This document shows positions 1-8,480 of a DNA stretch of 32,000 nt, piece after piece. Under the pieces are notes generated by a model. That model was not told the DNA's origin, searched no databases, and saw only the letters and a program-made list of their open reading frames with translations. The stretch lies in contig NZ_CP008796.1 in the NCBI RefSeq assembly GCF_000734015.1, positions 1,470,001 to 1,502,000 of the forward strand. Reading direction: 5' to 3'. The stretch is from Thermodesulfobacterium commune DSM 2178 (GTDB lineage: Bacteria; Desulfobacterota; Thermodesulfobacteria; Thermodesulfobacteriales; Thermodesulfobacteriaceae). How positions within the stretch are numbered: the first letter of the stretch is position 1; every line of letters begins with the position of its first letter. The position numbers and the translations under genes were made by a program.

Positions 1-452
1 TGACTAAGTTTTACATCCTTTGGAGATGGTCTTTTAGGGAAGCTAAGGTTGAGTTTGACGAGGCAAGAAAGCTTGCCCAAAGCATAGGCGTTCATTTAGA
101 AAGAGTATGGAATAGAAGCTTCATCAAAAGGGATAGAAACTACATAAAGGTTCTTGGTCCACAAGACAGAAGATTAGAAGACATTGAAAACATGAGAGAA
201 AAAGATTTGATAGATGTTTTGCATCAAGTTTTGCTCCACTGGTCTAAAGGAAGACGAGATGAGATGAAGAGGGTACTTAAAGAGACTGGATATGGTGAGA
301 ATGATGCCTTTTACCGAGTTGCTCAAGCTGTATCCGAAACTTTACCAAACGACAGCAAAGAAAAGAAGCTTCTTGATGGCTTTTTATCAGGGAAAGATAG
401 GCTTATATTGGAAATAAAAGATATAAAGGACAAACAAGGGAGGTTGTTATAA
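1..452 (+). CDS. C-terminal part of a DUF1156-type (COG1743-like) DNA methyltransferase; the 5' part lies upstream of the window
   Basis: The frame with codons starting at nt 3 is open from the window edge to TAA at 450-452, so the 86-aa track ORF 192..452 is only the tail of a longer protein (TKFYILWRWSFREAKVEFDEARKLAQSIGV...LIDVLHQVLLHW...FYRVAQAVSETLP...EKKLLDGFL). This resembles my memory of DUF1156 methylase C-termini. The stop directly abuts the ATG of a DUF499-type ATPase, its usual partner. Not verified by search. Confidence 0.55.
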   Translation, partial: TKFYILWRWSFREAKVEFDEARKLAQSIGVHLERVWNRSFIKRDRNYIKVLGPQDRRLEDIENMREKDLIDVLHQVLLHWSKGRRDEMKRVLKETGYGENDAFYRVAQAVSETLPNDSKEKKLLDGFLSGKDRLILEIKDIKDKQGRLL

Positions 453-3023
453 ATGAGACCTTTTACTACAGTTGCTGTACCTCATGATGATATCTTAAAA
501 GAGAAACTTACGATGGATGTATTTGCCGCTGACCTATGGCAAGTCTATAAAGGATCTGCTCCAGCCGAATATCAAGACCCAAGAGAGTTTTTTAGGAAGA
601 CCTTTTTGACAAAAGGAATGTCTTACTTAATTGATGTGGTAAGGAAAAGGCTTGAAGGAAGGGGTGGGGACTCGGTTATACAGCTTCAGACACCTTTCGG
701 CGGTGGAAAAACCCATTCTTTGATAGCTTTATACCACAAAGCAAAGACAGAATTCAACGCTAAGGTAGTTGTTCTCAGCGGAACTGCATTTGACCCAAGA
801 GACACTTTCTTGTGGGAAGAAATAGAAAGACAACTGACAGGTAAAGTTGATATTTTAAAGGGTAATATATCACCTGGTAAAGAGAAGTTAAGAAAAGTAT
901 TAGAAAATCATCAACCTTTATTAATCCTTATGGATGAAATTCTTGCATATACTATCAAAGCTGATGGAGTTAAGGTTGGGAATACTACTTTAGGAGATCA
1001 AACCCTGTGTTTTATACAAGAGCTTACTGAGACTTTGTCAACATTATCTAATGCTGTATTAGTTTTTACTTTACCTTCTAGTCTGCTTGAACATTTTGAT
1101 GAAAAAGGAGAAAAAAGATTTCAACAACTTCAAAAATTTGTTGGAAGGATGGAAAAGGTTCTTACACCGATTGAAGACGAAGAGGTTGCCCATGTAATAA
1201 GAAAAAGACTTTTTAAGTATGTTGATGAGAGCTTAGCTGAAGAAATAATCCAGGAGTTTACTGATTATGCAGAAAGAGAAGGCTTTTTAAAAATGGACAA
1301 AGTTTTATACAAGCAAAGATTTAAGGCCAGCTATCCTTTTCAACCAGAGGTTATTGATGTTTTATACAAAAGATGGGGCTCTTTCCCAACCTTTCAGAGA
1401 ACAAGAGGAGTTTTAAGGCTCCTTGCCCTTGTTGTTAAGTCTTTAAAAGATTCAAACTTACCTTTTATCAGCCTTGGGGACATTGATCTATCCAACGAAG
1501 AAATTAGAAGAGAGCTTATTAAACATATTGGGTCTGAATATGATAGCGTAATAGCAGCTGACATTACTTCTTCAAACTCTGGAGCTAAAAAAGTAGACGC
1601 CTCTCTTGGATTATCCTATTTATCCTTTAGATTGGGCACAAAAATTGCAACAACCATTTTCATGTATTCTTTTTCAGGTGGACCAGAAAAGGGCGCAACT
1701 CTTAGTGAAATTAAGCTTTCCTGTGCAAGACCAGAATTTCAAAGTAGCATAATTGTTGAAGCTTTAGAAAAGTTAAGAAATACTCTTTTCTACCTTTCTG
1801 ACTCCGAAAGCATATATCTTTTCACAAATAAGCCGAACCTTAATCGCATTCTTCTTATCAAGATGGACGGGATAAGTGAAGCAAGATTAATTGAAGAGGA
1901 AGAACATTTGTTAAAGCAGGTATTTAAAAAATCTGAACACTTTGATATATATATTTGCCCAAAACATACAAGGGACATACCAGACTCAGAAAAACTTAAG
2001 CTTATTATCATGGAAAGCAATAATCCAACAATGATCAAAGAATTCATAGAAACATATGGAGAGAGACCACGAGTTTACCGAAATACTATGATTTTTCTTT
2101 GTCCTCTGGAGGGAGAAAAAAGTAAGATTTTGGATATGTTAAGAAAGAAATTAGCCTGGGAAGAAATAGAGAAGGATAAAAATCTTGAGCTCACACCAGA
2201 CCAAAAAGAAAGAGTAAAAGAAAATATCAAAACCCTTAATGAAGGTATAAAAGAGAGAATTAAGTCAGTATACAGAATTGTATTCTTACCGAATAAAGAT
2301 GAGCCAGAAAGAATAGATTTGGGAGCTCCTACATATATAGGAAAAAAAGAATATACGGATGAAATCTATACCAGGTTAAAAGAGGAGGGTAAAATTCTTG
2401 AAAAAATAAGTCCTCGTCTATTGAAAGAAAAATACTTGAAAATAAAAGATTATGTCCAAACAAAAAACATACTTGATTCATTTTATAAAATTCCAGGAGA
2501 ATTAAGAATAAAGAATAAAGAGGTATTAGCAAGGGCAATTAAAGAAGGAATAAGATTAGGTGAATTTGGCCTTGGGTATTTAGAAGACGGAAAGATAGAA
2601 TGTAAGTATTATAAAACAGATGGGGAGCCTTATTTTGAAGAGACAGAGGTCTTAATTAAAAAAGAGCTTTGTGAAGTTGAAAAAAATGAATACAAACCAG
2701 AACCGATTTATGATCAACCAGAAACTCCAGGAAAAGGTGCAGAGAAAGTAAAAGAGCCAAGCTCATCTCATATAGTAATAATAGAGCCGTCAACTACTCT
2801 ACTCAAGTATCGTCAACTTTCTTTAAAACTTTCTATTTCCAGTGGAAAACTATCAGATGTAGTAAAAACAATCAACTTTATTAAGCAAAAATTCTCTAAT
2901 GTTGAAATAAAGATAGAAATATCAGCCAAGAATGGAGAAATCCTTAAAACAGAATATGAAGACAAAATAAAAGAAGCAATAAATCAACTGGGCTTAGAAA
3001 TAGAAGATGAAAAGATTGAATAA
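453..3023 (+). CDS. DUF499-type (COG1483-like) P-loop ATPase, partner of DUF1156 methylases in RM-like defence modules
   Basis: 856-aa ORF with Walker A TPFGGGKTHS and Walker B LLILMDEI. A large helical middle region and a C-terminal beta-rich domain follow a low-complexity linker (KPEPIYDQPETPGKGAEKVKEPSSS). The ATG at 453 immediately follows the upstream TAA, suggesting translational coupling. Confidence 0.65.
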   Translation: MRPFTTVAVPHDDILKEKLTMDVFAADLWQVYKGSAPAEYQDPREFFRKTFLTKGMSYLIDVVRKRLEGRGGDSVIQLQTPFGGGKTHSLIALYHKAKTEFNAKVVVLSGTAFDPRDTFLWEEIERQLTGKVDILKGNISPGKEKLRKVLENHQPLLILMDEILAYTIKADGVKVGNTTLGDQTLCFIQELTETLSTLSNAVLVFTLPSSLLEHFDEKGEKRFQQLQKFVGRMEKVLTPIEDEEVAHVIRKRLFKYVDESLAEEIIQEFTDYAEREGFLKMDKVLYKQRFKASYPFQPEVIDVLYKRWGSFPTFQRTRGVLRLLALVVKSLKDSNLPFISLGDIDLSNEEIRRELIKHIGSEYDSVIAADITSSNSGAKKVDASLGLSYLSFRLGTKIATTIFMYSFSGGPEKGATLSEIKLSCARPEFQSSIIVEALEKLRNTLFYLSDSESIYLFTNKPNLNRILLIKMDGISEARLIEEEEHLLKQVFKKSEHFDIYICPKHTRDIPDSEKLKLIIMESNNPTMIKEFIETYGERPRVYRNTMIFLCPLEGEKSKILDMLRKKLAWEEIEKDKNLELTPDQKERVKENIKTLNEGIKERIKSVYRIVFLPNKDEPERIDLGAPTYIGKKEYTDEIYTRLKEEGKILEKISPRLLKEKYLKIKDYVQTKNILDSFYKIPGELRIKNKEVLARAIKEGIRLGEFGLGYLEDGKIECKYYKTDGEPYFEETEVLIKKELCEVEKNEYKPEPIYDQPETPGKGAEKVKEPSSSHIVIIEPSTTLLKYRQLSLKLSISSGKLSDVVKTINFIKQKFSNVEIKIEISAKNGEILKTEYEDKIKEAINQLGLEIEDEKIE

Positions 3024-3266
3024 TGAATAGACTACTTGAGCCTGTCTCTGTAGATACAATTATTTTTTGTTAGCCATTTTAAAGCTTTCTTAATTACCAT
3101 TTTTTTCAAAGAATTTTTCAATTTCTGTTTTTAATTCTTTTAAAATATTCTCTAATTTAGTGCAAGACACTTGTCAAGAGAATTGTGTCTCCTTATAAAA
3201 TTTCTTTAAAAACATTTGCTTCAATTCGTATAAAGCAGACTTAATTAGAGGAAGTGGTTTTTGCCA

Positions 3267-3354
3267 GGAGGTAAAATGAAGGGGAAAATTTTTCAGGGAT
3301 AGAAAAATGATTTAACTAACCAACATTTAGAGACATATATTTTTGAGCTAATAC
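3267..3354 (+). repeat. Copy A of a decayed IS 3'-end fragment (about 88 bp), homologous to 11058..11147
   Basis: Direct alignment by eye: ggaggtaaaatgaaggggaaaa-tttttcagggatagaaaaatgatttaactaaccaacatttagagacatatatttttgagctaat versus ggaggtaaaatgaaggggaaatctttttcagggacagaaaaatgatctaactaaccaacatttcaaggacatatatttctgatctaac. Most positions are identical. Weaker similarity may extend about 40 bp further upstream. Confidence 0.7.
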
Positions 3355-3472
3355 GCTAAAATTTTTCTGTTGTGACTCCTAAAATAAAAAGGGCCTACTT
3401 GATTCCAAATTTAAACTGTCACACATACAAAAAGCTTTTCTAAAAGATGAAAGGTAAGTCATCTTATTTACT

Positions 3473-3500
3473 TTGACAAACCTTAAATTATCTTTATAAT
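3473..3500 (+). promoter_or_regulatory. Consensus sigma70-type promoter for the 3538 gene
   Basis: TTGACA (3473-3478), a 16-nt spacer, then TATAAT (3495-3500). A GGAGG Shine-Dalgarno sits a few nt before the ATG at 3538. Confidence 0.55.
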
Positions 3501-3537
3501 ATTTTTATGAGCCAAAACTTTTTTATCGGAGGCAAAA

Positions 3538-3978
3538 ATGAAAAAGATGGTAAGATTACTTATGGTGTTTACAGTTCTTTGTCTAATGGTTAACCTTAAG
3601 GATCTTTCTGCTCAAGAGGTTATAGATGTTACTAAAGAAGTAAACGTAACAGGTAATAACCCAGATCTTGTGTATTATCCTGTTCCGTTTATTCCTGTGT
3701 TAAAAGACCTTAGTTATCAGGGAGAACAAAGTGCCCTTTTAAAAACAGACAAAATAATTACCGGGATGTTGGTTTTTAAAGGAAACTACAAAGCCAATTC
3801 TTTGTTAGAGTTTTATAGAGTTCAGATGAAAAACAACGGTTGGGAAGAGGTGGGAAGTTTTACCTCTAAGATTACCTTTGTAGCTTACAAACGCCCAGAA
3901 GGGCATGCCTTTATCTCTGTGTCTGAAGGTTATTTTTCTACTGAATTAAGAATCGTAATCATTTTTAATAAAAATTAG
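3538..3978 (+). CDS. Secreted or periplasmic hypothetical protein (146 aa)
   Basis: N-terminal signal-peptide-like segment MKKMVRLLMVFTVLCLMVNLKDLSAQE, a good promoter and RBS upstream, and no recognisable catalytic motif. Confidence 0.6.
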   Translation: MKKMVRLLMVFTVLCLMVNLKDLSAQEVIDVTKEVNVTGNNPDLVYYPVPFIPVLKDLSYQGEQSALLKTDKIITGMLVFKGNYKANSLLEFYRVQMKNNGWEEVGSFTSKITFVAYKRPEGHAFISVSEGYFSTELRIVIIFNKN

Positions 3979-4003
3979 TTTTAAGCTTTAAAGGAGAAAA
4001 AAA

Positions 4004-5215
4004 TTGGTAGCTAATGGTCTTAAAGGGAGGAATATACTTGTAGGGCTCACAGGTGGAATAGCTGTCTATAAGGTCTGTGAGCTTATAAGAAAGCTTAAAA
4101 ATTCTGGAGCCAACGTTAAAGTTATCCTTTCTAAAGGTGCTGAAAAGTTTGTTACTCCTTTACTTTTTGCAAGTCTCTCTGGAGAAAAAGCTTATACTGA
4201 CGAAGATTTTTTTAAACCAACAGGAGAAATTTTGCATATAGACCTTGCCAAGTTTCCTGACGTTGTAATAATAGCACCTGCTACGGCCTCTTTTATGGCT
4301 AAACTTGCCTCAGGTCAGGCAGATGAGCTTTTACTTTCTACACTTTTAGCTACCAAAACTCCTGTATACATTTTTCCTTCTATGAATACGAACATGTGGG
4401 AGCATCCTGCTACCCAGAGGAATGTAGAAACCTTAAAATCATGGGGATACAGGGTTTATGAACCTGCATCTGGGGCTCTTGCTTGCAATACCACAGGTAA
4501 AGGCAGATTACCAGAGGTAGAGGAAATCTTTGAAACCCTTCAAGCCCATTTTGTAAAAAAAGATATGTTAGGGCAAAAGGTTTTGATTACCGGTGGGCCT
4601 ACCAGAGAGTACATAGACGAGGTTAGGTTTATCACCAACGATTCCTCTGGGAAAATGGCCTTTTTACTGGCTAAAGAGGCCTATTATCGGGGGGCTGAGG
4701 TATATCTTATCTGGGGTGGGAAAGAACTTCCAGGTATCTTTCCAAGGATAAACGATTTTTTGGGAATACCTTATCCTAAGGTTTTTTCAGTATCTACCAC
4801 CAAAGAAATGTTAGAAGTAGCTAAAACACTTTTTCCTAAGTGTAATTTGGCAATTTTTGCAGCTGCTCCATGTGATTTTAGACCAAAACAAGCCTTCAGT
4901 GGTAAAATAAAAAAACAAGAAATCCTAACCTTAGACTTAGAGCTAACAGAAGACATAGCCAAAACTCTTTCTTCTCAAAAACAACCAGACCAGATAACGA
5001 TAGGCTTTGCCTTGGAAACTCCAGAAAATTTAGAAAAATACGCCCTTCTCAAGAAAAAAGAAAAGAACTTCGATTTTATCGTAGCCAATCCCATAAGCAC
5101 CTTGTCTGCCGAATCCTCTGACTTTATCGTTTTCACCCCCAAAGACAAACTTGAATTTAAAGAGGTTTCTAAGGCTTACTTAGCTAAGGTTTTGTTTGAT
5201 TTAATCGGGGTGTAA
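4004..5215 (+). CDS. coaBC: Bifunctional phosphopantothenoylcysteine decarboxylase / phosphopantothenate-cysteine ligase (CoaBC/Dfp)
   Basis: N-terminal flavoprotein motif ILVGLTGGIAVYKVCELIRKL with PATASFMAKLASGQADELL. The C-terminal CoaB half has VLITGGPTREYIDEVRFITNDSSGKM and FAAAPCDFRP. TTG start with an AGGAG RBS 8 nt upstream. Confidence 0.9.
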   Translation: MVANGLKGRNILVGLTGGIAVYKVCELIRKLKNSGANVKVILSKGAEKFVTPLLFASLSGEKAYTDEDFFKPTGEILHIDLAKFPDVVIIAPATASFMAKLASGQADELLLSTLLATKTPVYIFPSMNTNMWEHPATQRNVETLKSWGYRVYEPASGALACNTTGKGRLPEVEEIFETLQAHFVKKDMLGQKVLITGGPTREYIDEVRFITNDSSGKMAFLLAKEAYYRGAEVYLIWGGKELPGIFPRINDFLGIPYPKVFSVSTTKEMLEVAKTLFPKCNLAIFAAAPCDFRPKQAFSGKIKKQEILTLDLELTEDIAKTLSSQKQPDQITIGFALETPENLEKYALLKKKEKNFDFIVANPISTLSAESSDFIVFTPKDKLEFKEVSKAYLAKVLFDLIGV

Positions 5216-6261
5216 GGGCATAGGGGTTCTTCTTCTAAATAATCACCTGTAGCTTCATAGGCCCTGGCACGGCAACCTCCACAAACCCTTATGTATTCAC
5301 ATCTTCCGCATTTTCCCTTGTACTTAGAAAAATCTCTAAGATTATTAAATACCTCTGAATTTTCCCAAACCTCCTTAAACGTCTGTTCTCTAAGGTTACC
5401 ACAAGGCACCTCTAAGTATCCACAAGTTTGTACTATCCCTACATGAGAAATAAAACAAAATCCTGTACCAGCAAGACAACCTCTGGTCATGGCATCAAGT
5501 CCAAAGTTTTCAACCGTTACGTCCTTTCCCTCTTTTTTAGCCCTTTGTCTTAAAATTCGATAATAAGTAGGGGCACAGGTAGCTTTAAGCTGAAGGTTAC
5601 ACTTATCTCTTTGTTCGTAAAACCACCCTAAAATCTCTTCATACTTCTCTGCATTAATACCACCTGTGGAAAGTTCCTTTCCTCTTCCTACTGGGACCAA
5701 CAAAAAGATATGATGTGCCACCGCACCTAAGGATTTTGCAAGTTCATGTACCTTAGGGAGTTCTTCTAAATTTTGTGGGGTAATCGTGGTGTTTATTTGG
5801 AAAGGAACCCCCACTTTTTTTAAGTTTTCTATCCCTTTTAAAGCCCCTTCAAATGCCCCTGGAACTTTTCTAAAATTATCATGGCTTTCCGGGGTACTTC
5901 CATCAAGGCTGATACTAACCCTGGAAATGCCTGTTTCTTTAATTTGTTGGGCTACTTCCTTGGTTATAAGAGTACCGTTGGTAGCAAGCACCGGTTTAAA
6001 CCCTAAATCTATACACCTTTTAGCTATCTGAAAAAGGTCTTTTCTTAATAAAGGTTCTCCGCCTGTAAGGATGATGATAGGCTCTGCCACCTCTTTTATT
6101 TCTTCAAGTATTCTGAAAATCTCTTCTGTGGTAAGTTCATTTGCATAAGGACCTTTAGAGGCTGCTGCCCTACAATGCACACAATCTAAATTACAACTTC
6201 TGGTAAGTTCCCAGGCAATAAGCCTTGGCTTAAATGTTTTTTCCATCCTTTTTACCCTCAC
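5176..6261 (-). CDS. Radical SAM/SPASM enzyme of the AhbC/AhbD/NirJ (alternative heme / heme d1) type
   Basis: CNLDCVHC (CX3CX2C) cluster motif, LTGGEPLL, HHIFLLVPVGRG...ATCAPTYYRI, and a C-terminal Cys-rich auxiliary-cluster region CGRCEYIRVCGGC. The track start is GTG at 6261. ATG at 6246 (MEKTFKPRLIAWELTRSCN) has a GAGGG RBS and is the more likely start. The 3' end overlaps convergent coaBC by 40 nt. Confidence 0.7.
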   Translation of the reverse strand: MRVKRMEKTFKPRLIAWELTRSCNLDCVHCRAAASKGPYANELTTEEIFRILEEIKEVAEPIIILTGGEPLLRKDLFQIAKRCIDLGFKPVLATNGTLITKEVAQQIKETGISRVSISLDGSTPESHDNFRKVPGAFEGALKGIENLKKVGVPFQINTTITPQNLEELPKVHELAKSLGAVAHHIFLLVPVGRGKELSTGGINAEKYEEILGWFYEQRDKCNLQLKATCAPTYYRILRQRAKKEGKDVTVENFGLDAMTRGCLAGTGFCFISHVGIVQTCGYLEVPCGNLREQTFKEVWENSEVFNNLRDFSKYKGKCGRCEYIRVCGGCRARAYEATGDYLEEEPLCPYTPIKSNKTLAK

Positions 6262-7424
6262 ATTTTATATCTTTCTCGTAAAAGAACTGCTCTACCTTCA
6301 GGCTGCTTTTCATTTTTTATGTTTATCAGTTCTATGATAACCACATCAGGAGGAGTTAAAAACCTCATAGGAGGGCCTCCGGTCCCAACCCCTTTTGATA
6401 CAAAAAGATAAGACCCCTTTCCCAAATATTTTAATCCCCTATCGGTTTCGTATAAAAGTCTAACTAAAAAAGAGCCTATCCCTTTATAGAGTCCTCCGTG
6501 GGTATGACCAGAAAGCATAAGGTTAAAACATCCGATGGTTTCTTTTTGAACCACCGGTTGATGTTTTAAAACTAACACAAACTTATCTCGAGGGATTTTA
6601 CACAAAAAAGTGTTTTCATCAAAACCTGGACTACAGGCTTTATAATAACGACAATCTCTATCGTCAAGTCCGACCAAAACCAAAAAACCTGCTATTACCT
6701 CTGTTTCGTCTTTTAATACCTTAAACCCTGACTTTTCTATAAACTCTAAAGCCTGTTTCCAGCCTCTGTAGTATTCATGATTTCCCATCACCGCATATTT
6801 CCCAAGAGGTGCGGTGATTTTAGCAAGTTCTTCTGCCAGATGGTCTTTTTTTCTCATGTTTCCATCAACCAGGTCTCCAGTATTTACTATCAAATCCGGT
6901 TTTTCCTTTTCCCAGACTTTTTTAACTAGTTCAATCTTTTCTTGACCTAAAACAGGCCCTAAATGAAGGTCAGAGATCTGCATGATCTTAACCCGACTTA
7001 CTTGAGGAGGAAGCTTATCAGTCCTTATCTGAAGTCGTATCACCTCTAAACCAAGGGTTTCATAATAACTATACACAGAAAAACCAACGGCTAAGAAAAC
7101 GGCACCTAACAAAATCTTTTTTGAAGTAAGGGTTTTCCAGCGAAAAACGAGCTTTATTAAGTCAAAAACTACACAAAAAACGCAAAGATAAAGCACAAAA
7201 CCGATCCATATAAGCACTAAAAAAGCCAACCACTTTGAAAATAGAGGAGGTAAATGTTGGTCAGTATACCTTATAAAAACAGGAGAAAATACAAGGAGTA
7301 TAAAAACAGTAACAATAAATTTACGGAGATTACGCCTTTTAACTAAGGGCCTAATCTTAGTAAGATAAAGATAGAGATAGATCAGAGAAAATACAGTAAA
7401 AAAAATTAAAAGAAACCAGAACAT
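6258..7424 (-). CDS. Membrane-anchored calcineurin-like metallophosphoesterase (YkuE/COG1408-like)
   Basis: Four to five N-terminal hydrophobic helices, then the phosphoesterase motifs ISDLHLG, TGDLVDG, GNHEY and SGHTHGG. Confidence 0.85.
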   Translation of the reverse strand: MFWFLLIFFTVFSLIYLYLYLTKIRPLVKRRNLRKFIVTVFILLVFSPVFIRYTDQHLPPLFSKWLAFLVLIWIGFVLYLCVFCVVFDLIKLVFRWKTLTSKKILLGAVFLAVGFSVYSYYETLGLEVIRLQIRTDKLPPQVSRVKIMQISDLHLGPVLGQEKIELVKKVWEKEKPDLIVNTGDLVDGNMRKKDHLAEELAKITAPLGKYAVMGNHEYYRGWKQALEFIEKSGFKVLKDETEVIAGFLVLVGLDDRDCRYYKACSPGFDENTFLCKIPRDKFVLVLKHQPVVQKETIGCFNLMLSGHTHGGLYKGIGSFLVRLLYETDRGLKYLGKGSYLFVSKGVGTGGPPMRFLTPPDVVIIELINIKNEKQPEGRAVLLRERYKM

Positions 7425-7436
7425 AAAATCAAAATT

Positions 7437-8480
7437 TTATGGTTTTACCCTGTTTTCCTCCCAGTATTTATAAATTTTAGTTTTTATTTCTTCTGGAAGA
7501 GGAACATAAGCAAGCCTCACTGCTATAGCATCGCCCTGTTTAAAGGCCCACTCAAAGAATTTAACCACCTCCTTATTAACCTCTTCTTTATCTTTAGATA
7601 AAAGGATATAGGTTAATCCTGTAATAGGCCAGGCTTTTTCTCCGGGTGCATTGGTAATCCAAGCATAAAAATGTTTCTTTGGGTCTAAGTCTGCAGACTT
7701 AGCCGCTTCTTTAAAGGATTCTTCAGAAGGGGCAACTACAGCCCCTGAGGCATTTTTTAAACTTACCATAGAAAGTTTATTCTGTAGAGCATAAGCATAC
7801 TCTATGTATCCAATCGTATAAGGGGTCTTTTTTACATAGTTAGAAACTCCTTCATTTCCTTTAGCACCTACTCCCGTTTTCCAGCTTACAGAAGTGCCTG
7901 TACCTACCTCCTTCTTCCATTCAGTACATACCTGAGAAAGATAATGGGTAAATATGGCTGTAGTACCTGACCCATCAGCCCTATAAACCACTAAAATTTC
8001 TTTATCTGGCAAAACCAAATCAGGGTTAAGTTTCTTTATCTCTGGATCGTTAAACTTTTTAATCTTACCTAAAAAGATATAGCATAAAGTCTTTCCATCT
8101 AAAACCAGACTTTTTTCTTTAATATCCGGAATATTCACTACTGGAACCACCCCTCCAATAACCGTAGGAAATTGAATAAGTTTGTTTTCTTCCACCTCTT
8201 TAGGAGTTAAAGGCTTGTCAGTAGCGCCAAAATCAACGGTTTTTTCGATAATCTGTCTTATACCCCCTCCAGAACCTATAGACTGATAATTTATTTTTAC
8301 GCCCGTAAGCTTATAGTATTCGTTCGCCCAGTTAGCATAAAGAATGTAAGGGAAACTTGCCCCTGCTCCGTTAATGAATTTAGAGGGCTTAGAAGGCTTT
8401 TCCCCTCCTCCTTTACAACCATAAAAACCTAAAAGCACCACCCAAATTAAAAAAAATCCTAATAAGGATTTTATCTTCAT
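7437..8480 (-). CDS. pstS: Phosphate ABC transporter substrate-binding protein PstS (no pstCAB adjacent)
   Basis: Lipoprotein-type signal (LGFYGCKGG). GAGASFPYILYANWANEYYK..INYQSIGSGGGIRQIIEKTVDFGATDKPL..FPTVIGGVVPVVNIP closely parallels E. coli PstS motifs. Confidence 0.9.
   Translation of the reverse strand: MKIKSLLGFFLIWVVLLGFYGCKGGGEKPSKPSKFINGAGASFPYILYANWANEYYKLTGVKINYQSIGSGGGIRQIIEKTVDFGATDKPLTPKEVEENKLIQFPTVIGGVVPVVNIPDIKEKSLVLDGKTLCYIFLGKIKKFNDPEIKKLNPDLVLPDKEILVVYRADGSGTTAIFTHYLSQVCTEWKKEVGTGTSVSWKTGVGAKGNEGVSNYVKKTPYTIGYIEYAYALQNKLSMVSLKNASGAVVAPSEESFKEAAKSADLDPKKHFYAWITNAPGEKAWPITGLTYILLSKDKEEVNKEVVKFFEWAFKQGDAIAVRLAYVPLPEEIKTKIYKYWEENRVKP

Noticed and set aside
192-452. An 86-aa ORF listed as a separate small gene upstream of the DUF499 ATPase
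   Set aside because: The same frame is open all the way to the window edge (codons from nt 3). It is the tail of a larger upstream protein, not an independent gene.
1790-2538. Minus-strand ORFs 1790..2047 and 2329..2538 inside the DUF499 gene
   Set aside because: They are antisense shadow ORFs in an AT-rich gene. Their low-complexity hydrophobic translations have no motifs, and they are fully contained in a well-supported CDS.
3100-3180. A short minus-strand frame (V)SCTKLENILKELKTEIEKFFEKNGN* downstream of the DUF499 gene, possibly a gene fragment
   Set aside because: It is only about 26 codons with no ATG or RBS, and it is too short to assign. It could be chance in AT-rich DNA.
4771-6031. 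ORFs 4771..4962 (-) and 5786..6031 (+)
   Set aside because: They lie antisense within coaBC and the AhbD-like rSAM gene respectively, with no RBS or motifs. They are typical shadow frames.
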